Source: Chlorokybus atmophyticus
Lineage: Eukaryota > Plantae > Mesostigma and Chlorokybus algae
DNA: 64,000 bases
Direction: 5' to 3'
NCBI GenBank assembly: GCA_009103225.1
Contig: RHPI01002438.1
Location: 504,637-568,636, forward strand
The translations under genes were made by a program, and so were the position numbers. Positions 57,894 to 64,000 of the stretch are shown here, piece by piece. How positions within the stretch are numbered: the first letter of the stretch is position 1; each line of letters starts with the position of its first letter. The notes beneath the pieces are model-generated. The model was not told where the DNA came from. It was given only the letters and a program-made list of their open reading frames with translations, and searched no databases.

Positions 57894-58892
57894 CCCTCTT
57901 TCAAGATTCATCATGTCCTTTGTCTGCGCGGTTAAACGGCAAGTCAGACACAAGAGCAGTAGATGCTGCGCAGCACTGAGTACTGTACTCCCCGGAACCC
58001 ACGCTACTAACAACCCCTGACATGCGGGCCAGCCCCAAGTGCTTGGAATCTGGACTCAACATGTGGTAGAAGATGCAGCATGATGCTGTTTATAACACAT
58101 GTTACTGCTTACCAAGCTGCTTGAGTGGTTGCTTGTATGCTGCAGCTGTCACTCTTCAGGCATGCCCACAGGGTAAACGTTGCCGCGGTCCAACCACAGG
58201 ATGGCTGAGCTGCGGGCAGCGGCAGCCCACAGCTCCGCAGGCAAGCTGCCTCCCGCCCTCTCGCACCAGAAGGAAGTGGCGACGTCACCGTCTTCGTCCT
58301 TGCGTAATTTGCTGTTCAGATACCAGCTGCATGTGCCAGGCAGGGTCAAGTAAAGTTGTGAAGAGCACCCAGCAACAAAGCACTTTGATCAACAAACAAT
58401 GGATTGCTCACTAATTGGTTCACCAATGTGAGTGCAATGCAATACACATCTTGCGCGCACACTATGCGTGAGTGCTCAAGCAAGCGCTGAAATATTGGGA
58501 TTTAAATCTAACAGATGACTTCCCCAACTGCATGCAAGCAATGTACACAGCAACTCTAGGTCTGGAGTTAACGGAGTGAATAAGTGAGCGAGGTGAGTGG
58601 CTTGCTGGATGTATTGATCGATTAATAAGAAAATTATCCAGCTACACTGTATCGGTACCATTAGTGCACACAGACATGAAGTCTCAACAACATGAGATGC
58701 ACTTACAACTTTGTTACCTGAGGCCTTGTATGCCTCCAAGAGTATAGCCCGCAGCCTGGACGACCGCTGCCGGCTGTCGCTCAACGGCCACTTCCTGCTC
58801 CACATCAGTAGCGCTGGCCTGCCGCACATGCATGGTCAAGACTTTCATCCAACACTGTTCGAGCACAGCGGAGGCTTAAGTTGATTGTAGTA

Positions 58893-61800
58893 TCAATAAT
58901 CATCAACATCATGGTGTTGGGGTTTGGTAATAGAGCCATAGTATGGCCTTACCGAAGGCATGATCTCGTTAATCTTGATAGCTAAGAACTCCGCGTCTTC
59001 TGGCCCATTGGTTTTGATAGCAACCATTGTGTCTATTTGCGCTGCCTGCTTGTGAAGGCATCATTGATGTAAGCACGTGTGCAAATCAGTCATGCAGCAG
59101 CTAACAGCGTACAAAGGCAGGCGTGCACTCGCGTGCGTGTGCGTGCGTCAAAGGCAGACATGGAAGCGAGAGCAATGCCACGCACCGCTGTAAATAGATG
59201 TGTCACGAGTGAACTATTGTTCACTTGAAGCTTCATGCCCGTGTACACAGCAGCATCCAGTAACACTTCCCCAACCTGCACAGAGCAACAACCATGGGAT
59301 CAAAGGGGAGCCACACTGGCAATTATTGCGCATGAACCAAGCTGTTTGCAAGACTTCGATGTAAGCATGCAACATCGGTGTGTGGCAGTTTACAAAGCCG
59401 TTGTTTGTTGGCTGGAGAAAGCTTGCCTTGAACTCTGTGCTTGGGCGCAACAAGCTCTCATATGCGCATTGATGCAGTGGAATTGATGGTATGCAACCAC
59501 TGCAAACTCACGTGGTTGTGGAACACGAATCGGGGTCTTTCTTCTGATAGCTCCGTGTCTTCTAGCTTCCGTAGAGACAGCTGGCCCATGCCGCCGATAT
59601 CCTTCCACGCACCATCAACCATGGCGTAGATTCTACACCTGACAGAATGCGTGACCTCCTCCTCGTCCGCGCCGGTCTCATCCACAGATGAAGACGACAG
59701 CTCTGGCTCCTCCTCTTCTTCTGTGGAAGCAGAACACGTGTGACCTCATGCATTGCGCAGCACCTCTTGGTGAAAACATAGGCAGAGACAGCCCTGTCAT
59801 AAACGTGCAACCGGAAAAGGTACTTGTTGTGTACTTGTGTGCATACAACCTGCTGGGTACTTGAGCACGACCAAAAGTTACCACCATGCGCACACGAATA
59901 CCAGTGCATGTACAGACCACAGGCGACAAACCTTGACGGGTGTCTGTTGCAGATGGTGCGTTTATCGGTGCTGCGCCACCTGATGAGTGGACCATGTTAA
60001 CCGCTGTGCCTCCATATACATGCTTACTGCAGTCATGCGCCTCACCATTTACTGACTGCCTGCTGTCGGTAGGTGGTGCAGCAGTGGGTGCATCGCGCTC
60101 GGCTGCGCCAAATAACGTGGCACGCATCTCGCCTGCGAGTCTGAGGTAATGCCTCACGGCAGCGACCCACAACTCGTTGATGTTCTCCCGGGCAATCCAC
60201 CTGGGCATGTTGTACGTAAAGGCTGCTGAGAGACACGCGTTCTAAAGCAGACGCGCAAGCTCTGAGACTGAGTGACTGCAACCAAACTCACGATCGGAAA
60301 TCATTGTTTAACGCCCGGACAGACAACAGCAGCACTGCCTGCCGTTCCGCACTACGTAGAGATGGAGACGGCTGCCCTTCCTCCTCATCTTCTGTGCAAG
60401 TAGAACACGTGTCATGCATTGCAAAGCAACTCCCAATGAGAATAGGCAGAAACAGCTTTGTGGTAAGCGTGCATCTGAGCAAGGTACTTGNNNNNNNNNN
60501 NNNNNNNNNNNNNNNNNNNNNNNNNNNNNNNNNNNNNNNNNNNNNNNNNNNNNNNNNNNNNNNNNNNNNNNNNNNNNNNNNNNNNNNNNNNNNNNNNNNN
60601 NNNNNNNNNNNNNNNNNNNNNNNNNNNNNNNNNNNNNNNNNNNNNNNNNNNNNNNNNNNNNNNNNNNNNNNNNNNNNNNNNNNNNNNNNNNNNNNNNNNN
60701 NNNNNNNNNNNNNNNNNNNNNNNNNNNNNNNNNNNNNNNNNNNNNNNNNNNNNNNNNNNNNNNNNNNNNNNNNNNNNNNNNNNNNNNNNNNNNNNNNNNN
60801 NNNNNNNNNNNNNNNNNNNNNNNNNNNNNNNNNGGGTACATGTGCATGCAACTGCATCAATATTTGAGCAGTACACAAATGAGCCAGGACCACGCCCACA
60901 CGCATACCAACAGGTGTAAACACCAAAGCGTTATGGCGGCCACAAACGCGACTGGCTCACCGTTCCCGTTTACTGACTGATTGCTGTTGGCAGGTGGCGC
61001 AGCAGCGGATGGATCGCGCTCGGCTGCGCCATGCAATGTGGTGAGCGTGTTTGCGTGTCTGAGGTAGTTCCTCGCGCCGGCAATCCACAACTCGTCGGCG
61101 TTTGCAATGGCAACCCACCTGTTCGTATGGTCACTTAAGCTTGCTGAGAGACACAGTCTGCAGGACACACACGCGCACGCGCACGCACGCGCTCGTGCGC
61201 GCGCTGAAACCGAGCACTCACTCTTGGAATTCTGTATTGAGCTTTTGGACAAGCCACTGCAGCAACGCCTGCTGCTCCGGCGTCGCGTGCGTTGGTGTTG
61301 GTTGAGCAGTCTCTGCCATTGCTGGCACACGCAATGGCCCCTGCATGCGCAAAACAGGCAGTGCTGAATTGAGTCTCTAAATGTGTGCCTATGCTACTCA
61401 GTCCACAGATGACTTCTGTTGGGCAGTGCTAAAGCTCAACAGCTTTCAGATGCACCCTTGTAGTGCATGGTTGTACGAATACCAGCCTGAGGAGTGAAGG
61501 CACCAACAGCAAGGCGCTGGGCACTGCTGGACGATCAGTATGCAATACTCGTGTGACTACTGCTTGCACTGCAAAACCACTTCGGCACCAACTGCACCAG
61601 CAGGGTGTCTGTGCTTTGGAGCAAGAGGAGTACAAAGCCTAGACTGCACTAGGTAGTAGGACGTATTGCCGTGCCAGTTGCAGGCCATCAGCTTGACTGG
61701 ACCACGTGCTTGACACATGGGGAGTGGACGTACAAGTGAACTGAACTGTTACCCATCAGCGAACGAGTGGACGAGACACGTAGGCCGCACGAAGTGAACT

Positions 61801-62240
61801 GTGTGAAGACCGACCCGTCCATGCACAACAACTATGCTCACCTTGATGTGAAGACGTTGAAGCTTCAGTGACCGTGGGGATAAGCTGCACACTGGCACTT
61901 GGGGACGCTGCTTGACAACGGCGTTCAGCAAACCGAACACACAGCCTTGAACGCAGCTTGCAACGCCAGCCGCCCAAGACTTGCCCAAGACTGCGCGGTT
62001 GCCTTCACGGCAAGCCTCAGGCTACTGACGCACACCGACAGCTTAGTCGCAAGCTGCCTAGCTTGCGACTAAGCTTCACCGATCCGACCCTCTCGTTGTT
62101 CTGGTCTGCGCAGCAACCTCCACCCTGCCTACAGCAAGCTCTTACCTCCTCCTCCTCCTCCTCCTCCTCTGCCTCCTCTTCTTCTGCCGCCGCCCAGCAG
62201 CCGCCTGCGAGCTGGGGTGCACGCAGCTGAGCGTGCGCAT
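58893..62240 (-). CDS. NUP50-like nucleoporin with C-terminal Ran-binding domain and internally duplicated module; spans an assembly gap; 5' end uncertain
   Basis: RanBD-like ETGADEEEVTHSVRCRIYAMVDGAWKDIGGMGQLSL..RFVFHN / VGEVLLDAAVYTGMK. Upstream exons VRALNNDFRS/RWIARENINELWVAAVRHYL resemble the plant NUP50 ALNxQF..W...ELWEDG..DY motif as recalled. Confidence 0.65.
60491..60833. other. Assembly gap (343 N)
   Basis: Direct reading. Confidence 1.
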
Positions 62241-63910
62241 GATGCCAAGCTGGCACATGCCTACCATGCTTGTCGCTTCACACGAACACACACAGCTGAC
62301 AGGACCAGCGCAAGCTCTAAGCACACGTTGCCGCACCGGACCCGGCGGTGGCAGCATCCGCCGTAACCACTGCAGCCACACCTCCCACACACGCAGCGAC
62401 ACGCCCACACATCACATGATGCGATGTGGGCATTCGTATTTGCCTGTGATGTTAATCACAGACATCACATGCCCGCATGCTGACGAGACGCCGACAGTAT
62501 CGACACTGGACGGAATCTGATGCTGCGTCCCGTCGGCGGTCGGCGCACGCGGCATGTAAGCGTGAGTGGGAACACTTACTTCCCTAGCAGTTCTGGTGCC
62601 GTATGCGTTGCATGGGCATTGACCGTTGTGCCATGTGATGCGCGACTAAGTACTGTGCGCAGTCCGTCCGTGGGTGGAGGCATGACGCTGTGGTAATCTT
62701 GCTTGCCGTGCGCTCATTCAGTAGAGTAGTTCATAGGTGGGATCACGGTCTGATAGGACGTTGTTGTCGTTGTTGTGCGTTTAGCTCTCGCCTATCTCGC
62801 CTATCGGTGGAAGCGGTGTGGCATTGGCGGTTGTGCACTGTGTGCATATCCTCCAGCACCAGTGCTGCTGCTTGGTCCTGCTCTGCCCATTTCCAGTAGT
62901 ATCGCAATAGATTATGCAATACCACCTTTATTCATTCGCGGCGCTTGGAGGTGCAGTGCAGCGCATGTATCCGCCACTGGTGTAATGGATCAGGGTGCGA
63001 GCGTTGCGCTGAGTGTGTGCCTACCTGCTGCACATTGCATGACGGTTTTGCATGCGATTCACACCGCAGCATTGCATGCACGTGACAGCGAACAGCAACA
63101 AGTTCAGAAGCGAACCAACGCTGGGTAAGTGGCAGTACTACTAGTATATACACAACCTACCAGCTACACTACAATAATAACATCAACGTGCCAATTACCA
63201 GCTACAAGGCAAGGCTACACAACACAGGAAGCCAGCTACGAAAAACCCCGCTTTTGAGTCAACTCTACACTTGGGCCCAGCTCTTAAGCTTCTCAACTCA
63301 AAACTGTTTCGCACACGACACATCCATCCAAAGCCATATGCAATGCGTAGTCATCTCTATCTGCATCTCTGTTTATGTATCTGTATATACCTTGCTAGTA
63401 TACGGTGCTTGAGAGATTCGGTTTGGCCCGTTGGCGTTGAAGACGACGCGCAGCTTGGAGGTGCTTGACTTGAGAGCAGGCACGGTGTGTGTGTGTGTGC
63501 GCGCGCGTGCGCGCGTGTAAAAATGAAGTGGCGATTGCAAGAGTGAATGTAAGCTCATGGTGCGTGCGTGCGTGCGTGTGTGTGCGTGTCCATAGACACC
63601 AGTTTGTTTCCAGGACACATGTGTTGATACGTCAAGCTGTTACACACACCTGCAGGTCGTTGCCGGAAGTGTCCACGGTGTTGAGGGCAGCAGCGGCAGC
63701 CCAGGTGCCAGCACTTGAAGGGTTGGACGAGCTCTGTGGTGTTTGAGCAGGGCATTTGAGCAGGGCAGTCAAGTATATAACGCATACATGTGGGGGCACG
63801 CACACGCGCGCGCACACACACACACCTTGTGATATGTAAGGAAGGGAAGGACGTCGGTGACGTACACGCTGGCCTTTGAAGGAGGCAAGGGCAGGACCCT
63901 ATATTAGTGC

Positions 63911-63912
<2 letters not shown>

Positions 63913-64000
<88 letters not shown>
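63913..64000. repeat. (GA)n microsatellite running to window end
   Basis: Direct reading. Confidence 0.98.

Noticed and set aside
60288-60980. Long ORFs full of X
   Set aside because: Artefacts of the 343-N gap.
1-64000. CRISPR arrays, rRNA genes, prokaryotic operons or defence systems
   Set aside because: No regularly spaced repeat-spacer array or rRNA-like sequence was seen; the window is intron-rich eukaryotic DNA.

Overview
Eukaryotic nuclear DNA, gene-dense with short GT-AG introns. The gene set (COP1, CBE1-like, HINT4-like, UBP12-like, plant-type NUP50) points to a green plant lineage, most likely an early-branching streptophyte alga; this is inference and no search was run. Host genes in order: pyruvate kinase (5' partial), NMD3, a Nup98-GLEBS-motif protein, RBM39/CAPER, a GluR0-like ligand-gated channel with a TVGYGD K+ filter, LRRC61-like, COP1, a long coiled-coil protein, a CBE1/4E-T-like protein, a HINT4-like HIT protein, a mitochondrial-type tRNA-Asp, a gene with only the USP7/UBP12 C-terminal domains, an SDH2 pseudogene and a NUP50-like gene. 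The standout is an intact 8,862-bp Ty3/Gypsy-type retrotransposon (46740-55601, 4-bp TSD CCTT) inside an intron of the UBP12-like gene. Its single 2296-aa ORF encodes gag/2xCCHC, protease, a DNMT3-like C5 cytosine methyltransferase, RT, RNase H, DD35E integrase and a PHD finger. Instead of two normal LTRs it has a split, circularly permuted repeat layout (A-ORF-B-A-B) with a palindromic internal att junction (GACA-GC-TGTC), a 15-bp repeat at both ends of the replicative LTR, and a candidate Tf1-like self-priming PBS. Together these suggest integration from a circular intermediate by a DDE integrase. All calls were made by eye; exon boundaries and some gene ends are approximate.
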